A stretch of 64,000 nucleotides of DNA from an uncultured Thomasclavelia sp. (GTDB lineage: Bacteria; Bacillota_I; Bacilli_A; Erysipelotrichales; Coprobacillaceae): assembly GCF_944324745.1 (NCBI RefSeq), contig NZ_CALUXO010000002.1, positions 7,273 to 71,272 of the forward strand, given 5' to 3'. The position numbers and the translations under genes were made by a program. Under the pieces are notes generated by a model. The model was not told the origin of the DNA. It saw only the letters and a list, made by a program, of their open reading frames with translations, and did no database searches. Below, one piece after another: positions 35,505 to 44,709 of this stretch; the stretch's first letter is position 1, and each line of letters starts with the position of its first letter.

Positions 35505-38498
35505 TTATTTTTTAGATAACAAACGCCGTTTCCGGTAAATAAAGAAATATGTAACAGTAAACATTGATAAGAAACATAATAAGCCTAAATTTGTATCATC
35601 ACCAGTTTTAACAGACTGTGCATCTTGAGAAGTTTTTAATTCATAATTATCTTGATCATTAGAAATAGCTGGTGATTGAGCAACTAAATTTTCGTTATCG
35701 TTATCATTATAATTATTATTTTCATTATCATTGTTTTCGTTATCATTGTTATAATCGCTATTTAAGTTATTATGAAAATTCTCATTAATAATTTCGTTAT
35801 TTTCAAAAGATACTGAATGAATATTATCAGAATCCGTTTTAACACCATAATCATCATCTGATAAATCAATAACAAGCTCTTGATTAGTATCTAAACTTCC
35901 ATCAGTTTCAACATATTTATAACCATCACGAGATGATATCATCACCTTAATTTGAGAATCATCTGAAGCAGAAATTAGTTTAATACTTTGATTATCATTA
36001 TCAAAAGCAATATTTATATTTCCATCAGATTGGATAAATACACCCCGATCTTTATACAAATTGATAAGTTCATTTTCACCTTGCAATAAAAATGTTTTCC
36101 CACTTGTATTCATACCAAAACGGAATCCTAATTTATCATTATCGAAATCTGAATAAATTGGATTGCATTCAATATTTTCATCATATAATCCTAATTTACT
36201 ACCGTTTAAATTGCTTGCCTCAAAAAGAATATTGTTTGTTTCTGCATCATTAATAGATATACCTTTTCCAGAAAATAAAATCTGAGAAATACTATCAGTA
36301 TCTAACTGAAATTCTTCTTCAAAGAAAGAATCATCAAGCAAACTTAAATCATAAAAATTAATTGATTTTAAAAGTCCTCCCCACATATCTCTTTCGGTCC
36401 ATGCGGTACTTTCATATCCATTACCATAATTCATTACAAATCTGTAACGATCATTATTTAAATCAATTTCCAACCCTGGTGTTTCATCATTATATAGCGA
36501 TGAAGCACCTTCAAGATTATTTTCTATCTTAGGTGTATTTGGATCATAGCAATATACAAAATATGTATCTGTTTCAAGATAATGTTCTGGTTTTTTGCTT
36601 GTTTCAATGACTACAGCATGATTCATCAAACCTTCGCTTGTATCAGTACTAAAAGTAACTAGAATCGGATTTCTTTCCTTAGAATTATATAAATAATCCA
36701 AAAGTTGTCCAAATGTATTGCCATCTTTGTAAACTTCAGCTTGTGATAATTTAGAAGAATGCTGTAATGCTTGCACCTTATCTATCAAATTTACAACTTC
36801 GGTATTTCCATTCAAGGTATAGATATAACCAGGATAATTTTTTGAATCAAAATAAATTGTATCTTCATAACCAAAATCATTGAGATTATCTCCAATTCTG
36901 TCAAAATATCTGTTTAGATCAACATCACCGTTATATTGAGCAACTGCTAATGCAGACAATCCAAAGCATCTACCACCATGGTCATTTAACAATGTCTGAA
37001 AATAATCTTTAGCATTTGAAATTAAATCAGGATTACTCCAATTTTTAAATGGAGCAAGTAATGCACTATTAAGTAAGTCAAATCCTTCATCAGCAGAAGT
37101 TTGTGTACCAAATCCAAGTCTTGTATTTATTATTCTCTAGCCATCTTCTTGGGCAATAAATCCTTCTGTTTCTTCCTCTTCACCGATTAATTTAAATCTA
37201 ATACCATTTTCTTTGGCAAATGTTTGTGCCGTTGAATTTTCGTATCCATAAATTATTAGTGAACTGTTAACAGGATATCTGCTTGTATCGCCGAATATAT
37301 CATAAAATTTTGCATTTAGATTGAAAATTGTTAATGATTTTAGATTTGGTGTATTTTGAAAAATACTATTATTTATATAATCAACAGATTCTGGAATTAC
37401 CATTTTTTCCAAACTTGTGCACCCCTCAAATGCACGAGGTGATATATTAATTACTGTACTTATATCCAAAGTAGTCAGACTAGTACAATTCATAAAAGCT
37501 GATTCACCTATATAATTTACCTTTGAACTTAAATTAACATTTTCTAGACTAGTACAGCCATAAAGATCATAATCTTTTATTGATGTATAACTTTCAGGCA
37601 AGGTTACACTTTTCAAATCAGCGCATGAACGAAAAGCTCCACCAGTATAATTTGTTACTGTATCAGGAATCACTGCCTCTACTATACCTGATTCTGAAAA
37701 TGAACCAGACATATTTTTACTGAATCAGGAATATTAACATATTTTAAGTTACTCATTTGACGAAATGCAGAGGCAATTGTAACTGTGCCATCTGGTATAT
37801 CCAAATATTCAGGTCCAGGGTTAAAAGCAAAAGCATCGTTATTGAATACTTCTATAGAGTCAGACATGTTAATTTCGGTAATTTCATTATTTGAAAATCC
37901 ATCTACTATTTTTACATTTTTTGGAAGTGTAACAGATGTAATATCATTATTAGCAAAACAATCAGGGGTAAGTTCAGTTATTTGCGTATCTGATAAATCT
38001 AAACTTCCTCTTATCAAACTTCCAAAAAATGCACGTTGACCAATATATTTCAATGTACTTGGAAACTTGTAATTTTCTAAATTAAATCCACATCCTTCAA
38101 ATGCAGATTCTTCTACGTATTCAAGATTTTTTGGAATATTACACTCTTTTACATTTTGGTCAAATAAAAAAGCTTTATATCCTATTTCCGTAACAGTATC
38201 TGGAATATGAATATATTCCAACATTGAAAATCTATAATCATGATTCATAAAGACTCCTGTTCCTATCTTAGTTATAATCAGACCATCGATAGTATCAGGA
38301 ATAATTAGTTCATTCCCGCCTTTATTAATTTCAACATCAACAATAGTACCAGTTACGCCATCTTCATTGGCTTCTACTTCATACGTAAGATCAATAGGAA
38401 TTCTTTCGTCTGAGTCCGCATAAACTGTTGAATTAAAACATGCGACTACGACCATCAAGATTAGAACAATAGTAAATAACTTTTTTTAAAATTCTCAT
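35505..38498 (-). pseudogene. Cell-wall-anchored BspA-type leucine-rich-repeat surface protein, disrupted by 2 frameshifts and 1 in-frame TAG
   Basis: Track ORFs 37682..38458, 37137..37712 and 35505..36992 are pieces of one gene.
- ATG 38498 plus a signal peptide (KKLFTIVLILMVVVACFNSTVYA) is out of frame at the A7 run 38481..38487.
- A second frameshift sits at the A5 run 37714..37718.
- An in-frame TAG at 37137..37139 is followed by continuous sense codons into ORF 35505..36992.
LRR units have the form IPDSV..I...AF..C. The C-terminus is SVKTGDDTN + TM + RKRRLLSKK (sortase-type signal). Confidence 0.7.
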
Positions 38499-38817
38499 TT
38501 AATTATAATTCACCTATTCTTTCTCGTCATAATTATACTATTAAAATTATGGTGAATAAAGGAAATTACGTTAAAAATATGCGTTTTATTTCACAAATTT
38601 TACTTTTAAACATTAAAATACAAGCACTATATTTCACATTAGATGCTGACTATTTAATCTATAGATAGTAAATACTAAGAAGCATAATAATATTATCAAC
38701 CAACATTCAAACCACTTTTGGCTTTCTATAAATTAAAAAGCAGAGGATTTTTTTAAAATTCTCCGCTTTTATATTATCACTACATATTGTCATTAAATCT
38801 ATCAGACCTTTATTAAT

Positions 38818-39333
38818 TTAAAAGAAAGGAACCGTAAAGAAAACTTTACCAACGACATCCTCATCAAAATCAAAATATCCTAGTCGTCTGGAATCTAGAC
38901 TATTATTACGATTATCACCCATAACAAAGATTTTTCCTTCAGGAATATCTATCGACATATCTTCATTATTGATCATCGTTCCATTGATATAATCCTCTTC
39001 CAGCAGCTCACCATTTAAATAAACATGATTATCTTTAATTTCTAAATGATCACCACCAACAGCAATAACTCGCTTAATAATATATGTTTCATTTTGGTCG
39101 GCATCCTTATAGTCCACTACTACGATATCATCACGCTTTGGTTCACCATGTTTATAAAAAACTTTATCGACAAGAACAATATTACCCTCATGAAACGTTG
39201 GTAACATTGATGTTCCATAAACTCTAGATATTTGAACAAAATACAATACGCCATATGTAACTATCAATGTAATTACAATAACTCTTAAGTATTCTAATAA
39301 AACCTGTTTCTTACTTTTAGTTGATTCTTCCAT
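38818..39333 (-). CDS. lepB: Signal peptidase I
   Basis: GTSMLPT (catalytic Ser), KRVIAVGGD (catalytic Lys box) and GDNRNNSLDSR. Start moved to ATG 39333 (MEESTK), after AGGTGA. Confidence 0.88.
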   Translation of the reverse strand: MEESTKSKKQVLLEYLRVIVITLIVTYGVLYFVQISRVYGTSMLPTFHEGNIVLVDKVFYKHGEPKRDDIVVVDYKDADQNETYIIKRVIAVGGDHLEIKDNHVYLNGELLEEDYINGTMINNEDMSIDIPEGKIFVMGDNRNNSLDSRRLGYFDFDEDVVGKVFFTVPFF

Positions 39334-39365
39334 ATTATCACCTGATGACATTATATCATTATTTT

Positions 39366-40079
39366 TTATTCATTCAAGTGACTGCGTAACTTTGCGATAA
39401 TTTTCTTTTCTAATCTTGATACTTGTACTTGCGAGATATTTAAGCGTCTAGCGACTCGCTCTTGATTAAAATCTAAATGATAACGCATATAAAGAATCAA
39501 TTTTTCTTTTTCATCAAGTTTTTCAATTTCCATTTCCAATGCAATTTTTTCAAACCACATTTTATTATGCTTATTTTCAATTCGTTCTTCCATCGAAATC
39601 GAAGAACCATCTTTTTCATAAATTGGTTCACTTAATGAAGTTGGATAATATGAAGAATCAATTGCTTCAACAATATCTTGCTGATCAACTTGAAGATAAT
39701 TAGCCAATTGCTCAATCGTTGGATCATGACCACTTTGATTAGCTAAAACTTCACGAGCTTTATTAACTTTTAAATTCAACTCCTTTAATGAGCGACTAAC
39801 CTTAATCGTTCCATCATCTCGAAAATAACGTTTTATCTCACCCATGATAATCGGTACTGCATAAGTTGAAAACTGGACCCCATAATTCACATCAAAATTA
39901 TTGATTGCCTTCATCAAACCAATACAGCCAATTTGAAATAGATCTTCTTTATCATAATAATTATTTTTAAAGCGATGAACAATCGACCAGACCAAACCTA
40001 AATTTTGATTTACTACTAATTCTTTAGCACTTTCATCCCCTTCATGTGCTTTTTGAATTAATTCAATTGTTTTATTCAC
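39366..40079 (-). CDS. sigF: Sporulation sigma factor F
   Basis: Sigma-70 region 2 (DLFQIGCIGLMKAINNFD) and region 4 (RRLNISQVQVSRLEKK); 237 aa. Third gene after spoIIAA-spoIIAB, with overlapping junctions. Confidence 0.9.
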   Translation of the reverse strand: MNKTIELIQKAHEGDESAKELVVNQNLGLVWSIVHRFKNNYYDKEDLFQIGCIGLMKAINNFDVNYGVQFSTYAVPIIMGEIKRYFRDDGTIKVSRSLKELNLKVNKAREVLANQSGHDPTIEQLANYLQVDQQDIVEAIDSSYYPTSLSEPIYEKDGSSISMEERIENKHNKMWFEKIALEMEIEKLDEKEKLILYMRYHLDFNQERVARRLNISQVQVSRLEKKIIAKLRSHLNE

Positions 40080-40512
40080 TTTGATAGTCGTTTTCTTTCA
40101 ATTGCTTAATAATAGTTAGTTTTGTTCCTAAATCCAAAGTTGAATGAATTTCCAGACGATCACATAAAGCTTCAATGATCGTCAACCCCATTCCAGCGTG
40201 CTCCAGTTCTTTTAATGATGAATACATTGGCTGTTTAGCAGCTTCAATATCATCAATTCCCTTACCATAATCCTGAATAATGATTTTAATTTTACGCTTT
40301 TGTTCAATCGTTACTTTGATTACTACATTGCAGTTTGGATTATTTTGATAACCATGAATAATGGCATTGCTTACCCCTTCACTGACTATGGTTTTAATTT
40401 CGACTAATTCATCAATTGTCGGATTCAAGGCTGTAACAAATGAGGCAACACTCGTTCTAGCGAATGGCTCATTTTCAATCTTGGCACTAAAACTAAGTTC
40501 CATTTGATTCAT
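40072..40512 (-). CDS. spoIIAB: Anti-sigma F factor (serine kinase)
   Basis: 146 aa GHKL kinase with N-box EGVSNAIIHGY and G-box AGMGLTII. The start overlaps the spoIIAA stop. Confidence 0.9.
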   Translation of the reverse strand: MNQMELSFSAKIENEPFARTSVASFVTALNPTIDELVEIKTIVSEGVSNAIIHGYQNNPNCNVVIKVTIEQKRKIKIIIQDYGKGIDDIEAAKQPMYSSLKELEHAGMGLTIIEALCDRLEIHSTLDLGTKLTIIKQLKENDYQSE

Positions 40513-40835
40513 TATTTTTTTACCCCCTCTACATATTCCATCAATTCAAACATCCCAGATAACTCAAATACTTTATAACTTGTCTTTGACAAGTTGGTTA
40601 AATATAATTTTCTTCCCTCTAAAGAAAGTTGATTATAACGTCCTAATACCAAACCGATTCCGGAACTATCAATAAAACTAGTATGTAAAAAATCAAAATA
40701 CACCGGATTACTACTTTTATCTAAAATACTATTTAATAAACTTCGGTATTTACTAATATAACTACAGCTTAATTCACCATAGAAATAAACAATAATTTTA
40801 TCATCAGTAACTTGATACTCAATTTTATTTTCCAT
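40512..40835 (-). CDS. spoIIAA: Anti-anti-sigma F factor (STAS domain)
   Basis: 107 aa, with the FIDSSGIGLVLGRY phosphorylatable-serine motif. Confidence 0.88.
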   Translation of the reverse strand: MENKIEYQVTDDKIIVYFYGELSCSYISKYRSLLNSILDKSSNPVYFDFLHTSFIDSSGIGLVLGRYNQLSLEGRKLYLTNLSKTSYKVFELSGMFELMEYVEGVKK

Positions 40836-40887
40836 CTTCTCATCTCCTCGAACCTATCTTACAACTTTTAAAAAAACGAATAAATGC

Positions 40888-40894
40888 TTTCGAC
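40888..40894 (-). promoter_or_regulatory. Spo0A-box-like motif upstream of spoIIAA
   Basis: Minus-sense TGTCGAA (exact 0A-box core), about 55 nt upstream of the spoIIAA ATG. A second TTTGTCAGG lies 20 nt further upstream. Confidence 0.35.
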
Positions 40895-40972
40895 AAAAGT
40901 AGAACTTGCCTGACAAAAAAAGTCCTATGTATTTTTATCAAACTAGGACATATTATGTAATGAGGCGATATT

Positions 40973-42115
40973 ATGATGAAAAAACTCTTAATTATCATTT
41001 TAATCTTTTGCATCTTACCAATAAAAAATATCAATGCCATCGATAATGACTTAACTCCTAATGGTCAAGGAGCTATTTTGATTGAGACCAATTCCCGTCA
41101 GATTCTTTATGAAAAAAATGCTGAAGAGAAACTGTTTCCAGCTTCAACCACAAAAATAATGACCATGATTTTAATGTTTGAAGCCATCAATGATCAAAAA
41201 ATATCCTTTGACGATCAAATCACCACTTCCAAATATGCTGCCAGTATGGGTGGCAGTCAGGTATATCTAGAAGTTGGTGAAAAAATGTCCCTTAAAGATA
41301 TGTTCAAATCGATTGCAATTGCCAGTGCTAACGATGCCAGTGTTGCTGTCGGTGAATATATTGGGGGCAGTATTGAAAAATTTGTCGCTATGATGAATGA
41401 AAAAGCTAAAGAATTAGGTCTTAAAAATACTAATTTTAAAAACGCTACCGGTCTTCATGATCCTGATCACTATACCTGTGCTTATGATTTAGCAATGATG
41501 GCAGCTTATTTAATTGAAATTGGTGGTAATGATTTACTGGAAGTCACTTCACTTTATGATAGTTATATTCGTGAAGACAGTAAACAAAGTTTCTGGCTGG
41601 TTAATACTAATAAACTACTAAAACAATATGATGGTGTTGATGGATTGAAAACTGGCTATACTAAAGAAGCTGGCTATTGTTTAGTAACGACAGCCAAACG
41701 TGATGATCAGCGTATTATTGGGGTTTTAATGAACGAAGCAGCTCCTAAAACTAGAAATGAAGAAATGTGTACCATGTTGGACTATGGCTTTAATAATTAT
41801 CAGCAAGTTACTCTTTATCCAAAAGATACGACGATTGAAAACTATCTAGTTGATAAAATGGATAATATCACATTAGATGTTCGCTGTAATAAAGATATTG
41901 TGTATACCAAAGCTAAAAACAGTGAAAGTAAGATTGATACTAAAATCACCTATAATACTAATTTACTGCCAATAAAAAAAGGGGATACTGTTGGTACCCT
42001 CGAAGTTATAATCGATGGCAATTCATCTATATCCTATCCTCTTTATACTAACAACAGTGCTTCTAAACCATCGTTTTTTACCAAAGCTATCAAAACTCTA
42101 AAATTTCTTTTTTAA
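40973..42115 (+). CDS. D-alanyl-D-alanine carboxypeptidase (PBP5/DacF-like, peptidase S11)
   Basis: Signal peptide, ASTTKIMT (SxxK), a SAN (SxN-type) box and a KTGYT (KTG) box. Divergent from the spoIIA operon; in Bacillus, dacF is adjacent to spoIIA. Confidence 0.85.
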   Translation: MMKKLLIIILIFCILPIKNINAIDNDLTPNGQGAILIETNSRQILYEKNAEEKLFPASTTKIMTMILMFEAINDQKISFDDQITTSKYAASMGGSQVYLEVGEKMSLKDMFKSIAIASANDASVAVGEYIGGSIEKFVAMMNEKAKELGLKNTNFKNATGLHDPDHYTCAYDLAMMAAYLIEIGGNDLLEVTSLYDSYIREDSKQSFWLVNTNKLLKQYDGVDGLKTGYTKEAGYCLVTTAKRDDQRIIGVLMNEAAPKTRNEEMCTMLDYGFNNYQQVTLYPKDTTIENYLVDKMDNITLDVRCNKDIVYTKAKNSESKIDTKITYNTNLLPIKKGDTVGTLEVIIDGNSSISYPLYTNNSASKPSFFTKAIKTLKFLF

Positions 42116-42124
42116 ATTATGATA

Positions 42125-42164
42125 AAATACGATTTAGTAACTTCTAGTTAAAATCGTATTTTTT
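42125..42164 (+). terminator. Rho-independent terminator after the dacF-like gene
   Basis: AAATACGATTT-(15 nt)-AAATCGTATTT followed by TTTG. Confidence 0.55.
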
Positions 42165-42203
42165 GCATAAAAAACACCAGAAAATTCCGGTGTAAGCAAC
42201 AAT

Positions 42204-42707
42204 TTAGTAACTTTTAAATACCATCAGCTGTTTCAAATTAGCATAAACTTTTGGAATTTTAATTTCCTGATATATTTGCTGGTCCAAACAACTTTCATCA
42301 TCATCCATATAAACACTAAAACAGCGCTTAATGATTTGCCCCTTTATAACAATATGATTGAATTTTGAAGTCACATCAGTAATACTCCTGACTTGATAAT
42401 CATAATAATTATGTTCGTCACAATCAAATAAATTTAAATATTGCCCCAAATTTTTAAGTAAACTATCTTTATGACGATAAATAACTTTATTATTGCCAAT
42501 TTTTATAAATGATGATTGCATCATTGAATACTGATAAACAGCTTTCATTAATAAAACCAACAGTAACAACAATAAAATAAACAACCAATACTTTTTAATA
42601 ACCAAAGCTGCCACTACTGTCACCAAAACAAGAATTATTAATTTAGGTAAAATAAAATACTCCACAAAAAGTTTCCCAGAAAAATTTCTCCCTTTCATGA
42701 CCTTCAT
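42204..42707 (-). CDS. Hypothetical membrane protein
   Basis: Two N-terminal TM segments and a soluble C-terminus with no recognisable motif. Confidence 0.45.
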   Translation of the reverse strand: MKVMKGRNFSGKLFVEYFILPKLIILVLVTVVAALVIKKYWLFILLLLLLVLLMKAVYQYSMMQSSFIKIGNNKVIYRHKDSLLKNLGQYLNLFDCDEHNYYDYQVRSITDVTSKFNHIVIKGQIIKRCFSVYMDDDESCLDQQIYQEIKIPKVYANLKQLMVFKSY

Positions 42708-42790
42708 CCTTTCTACTACTTATCTTACCCAAATATCACAATAAAACTAGTAGAAACAAGTAAAAAAGATGTTAAGAATTATTAAGAATA

Positions 42791-43684
42791 TTAATTATTC
42801 TTAAGTCTTTCAAAATCTTTTGGTAAAGGAGCCGTAATTTGTAACTGCTTATTTAAAATTGGATGTTTAAAAACTAATTTATAGCCATGTAAAGCAGTTC
42901 GGTTGATTAATTTACTGGCTTTTCCATATAATCGATCACCAATTAATGGATGTGAGATTGCCTGTAAATGAACTCGAATTTGATGTTTGCGTCCTGTTTC
43001 TAATTGACATTCGATCAAAGTATAATTTCCAGCCAGATTTTTTTCTAATACCTTAACATGAGTAATAGCCTGTTTACCTGATGTACTAATGCGCATTTTA
43101 TTAGTGTGACGATCACGACCAATTGGTAAATTAATATCAATATCATGATCAATAATTCCTTGGCACAAAGCCAAATAATAGCGGGCTATTTCTTTTTTTG
43201 ATAGCATCGAATCTAATAGTGGCTGCAAAAAAGCGCATTTACAAAATAAAACCAAACCGGTCGTATCTTTGTCTAACCGATGGATCGGTCTTATGGGATA
43301 ATATTGATCAGTTTCTAAATAATAATTAGCCACATAATTACATAAAGTATTTGATCCAGTTTTATCTTCAGGATAAATAATGACATGGCAAGGTTTATTA
43401 ACGACTAAAAGAAAATCGTCTTCATAAACGATATCTAACGAAAAAGGCTGTGGGGTAAAATCTAATCCTGTTTCAAAAGCCGATATTTTAAGCCAATCAC
43501 CCTGTTTGACTATGGTATTCATTGGCACATACTGATTATTTAAAAAATATTGTTTATATTGTTTCAATAAATGAATAGCCTTTTTTGATAAACAAAAATA
43601 ATGAAAGATTTCTTCTAAGGTCATCGAAGCAAAATTTTCATCAATTTTAAGCATTAGATAATTACCTTTAATTAAATACTCCAT
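42791..43684 (-). CDS. RluA-family pseudouridine synthase
   Basis: HRLDKDTTGLVLF catalytic Asp motif, GRKHQIRVH, and an S4-like N-terminus. Start moved to ATG 43684, after GGAGGA. Confidence 0.88.
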   Translation of the reverse strand: MEYLIKGNYLMLKIDENFASMTLEEIFHYFCLSKKAIHLLKQYKQYFLNNQYVPMNTIVKQGDWLKISAFETGLDFTPQPFSLDIVYEDDFLLVVNKPCHVIIYPEDKTGSNTLCNYVANYYLETDQYYPIRPIHRLDKDTTGLVLFCKCAFLQPLLDSMLSKKEIARYYLALCQGIIDHDIDINLPIGRDRHTNKMRISTSGKQAITHVKVLEKNLAGNYTLIECQLETGRKHQIRVHLQAISHPLIGDRLYGKASKLINRTALHGYKLVFKHPILNKQLQITAPLPKDFERLKNN

Positions 43685-43791
43685 CTTATCCTCCATTTCT
43701 TGGTTATTATAACAATATTTTAACAAAACACCAAGTGATGTTTATTGAAAGCCAGATAGCCGACATGATATAATCATAAAAAGGAGGCGAT

Positions 43792-44025
43792 ATGATGAAA
43801 TGTCCTGTTTGTAAAGACGTAACTTTATTGATGGCCGAAAAACATGGAGTCGAAATTGATTATTGTCCTGAATGTCGCGGAATCTGGTTAGATCGTGGTG
43901 AATTAGAAAAAATTATTGAACGTTCTGGTGGTAAAGACCGTGACTATAAAACTACTGATAGTAAAAAGAAAAAACGAAAAGGCTTTAATCTTACCGATAT
44001 CTTAGAAATATTTGAAGGTGAATAA
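43792..44025 (+). CDS. TFIIB-type zinc-ribbon protein
   Basis: CPVC-X17-CPEC followed by GIWLDRGELEKI. AGGAGG upstream. The start is ATG 43792 or 43795. Confidence 0.7.
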   Translation: MMKCPVCKDVTLLMAEKHGVEIDYCPECRGIWLDRGELEKIIERSGGKDRDYKTTDSKKKKRKGFNLTDILEIFEGE

Positions 44026-44034
44026 TAATACTTA

Positions 44035-44058
44035 AAAAGCAGTCAACCGACTGCTTTT
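44035..44058. terminator. Bidirectional rho-independent terminator
   Basis: AAAAGCAGTC-AACC-GACTGCTTTT lies between convergent genes. Confidence 0.75.
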
Positions 44059-44578
44059 AACTATTTTTACTCGTAATTTCTAAACCAACTTGTACTACTT
44101 GTACCTGATCAAATAAACTAACTTCAATAAAAGCAACTCGTTTATGACGATCAATCTTGCGAATCTTGTTCTCATAACCAACTAGTGGTCCTTTGACAAT
44201 CAGCAAACGATTATCAATAATATGCCCTTGGGACATTTTGACCACATGTTCCTTTCTTCCAAATTCCATCAAAAACCTGGCTTCATCTTTGATGATAGGA
44301 CAGATGTACTCACCATCATTACCTAATACTTTCGTCAAATCTGGAATTAGTTTTAATTTATTAAACAAGTTTTCAATCTGATCAGTAACCATAAACAAAT
44401 ATCCTTTAAACAGAATTTCTTCAGATTCCTGCCAACTTCCTTGTTTTTTTCGTAATCGGATACAACGAGGAATAAAACACTCCTGCAGGACATCACTAGA
44501 TATCATCCGCTGACAAGTGTTTTTAATTTCCTCCTCTTTCCCGCTACGAACCTGAATTACATACCAGTTTTCACACAT
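44057..44578 (-). CDS. NusG-family paralogue (LoaP/UpxY-like antiterminator candidate)
   Basis: NWYVIQVRSGKEEEI NGN-domain start and a C-terminal KOW-like VKGPLVGYENKIRKID. Start moved to ATG 44578, after GGAGGA. Confidence 0.72.
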   Translation of the reverse strand: MCENWYVIQVRSGKEEEIKNTCQRMISSDVLQECFIPRCIRLRKKQGSWQESEEILFKGYLFMVTDQIENLFNKLKLIPDLTKVLGNDGEYICPIIKDEARFLMEFGRKEHVVKMSQGHIIDNRLLIVKGPLVGYENKIRKIDRHKRVAFIEVSLFDQVQVVQVGLEITSKNS

Positions 44579-44709
44579 AGTTATTCCTCCATTTGAGCAG
44601 GCACAATTAGTCAGCAATCAATGCCGACTAACGCTTTATTATGACAAATTATCTTTAATAATGTGACCTAGCGACAATTATTTCTAATAATTATTTTTTT
44701 ATTTTTTAT

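Noticed and set aside
37137-37139. In-frame TAG as programmed read-through or pyrrolysine
   Set aside because: No pyl genes or recoding signals are visible in the window. The same gene carries two frameshifts, so simple inactivation or an error is more parsimonious.
40928-40954. Sigma-F/G-type promoter for the dacF-like gene (GTATT-N15-CATATTA)
   Set aside because: The -10-like CATATTA fits sigma-G, but the spacer to the -35-like element does not match the spacing I remember for either sigma-F or sigma-G. It is too uncertain to report as a feature.
40840-41040. Track ORF (-), 66 aa, spanning the spoIIAA/dacF-like intergenic region
   Set aside because: It overlaps the dacF-like start on the opposite strand and the promoter region. 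It has no SD and a hydrophobic low-complexity product.
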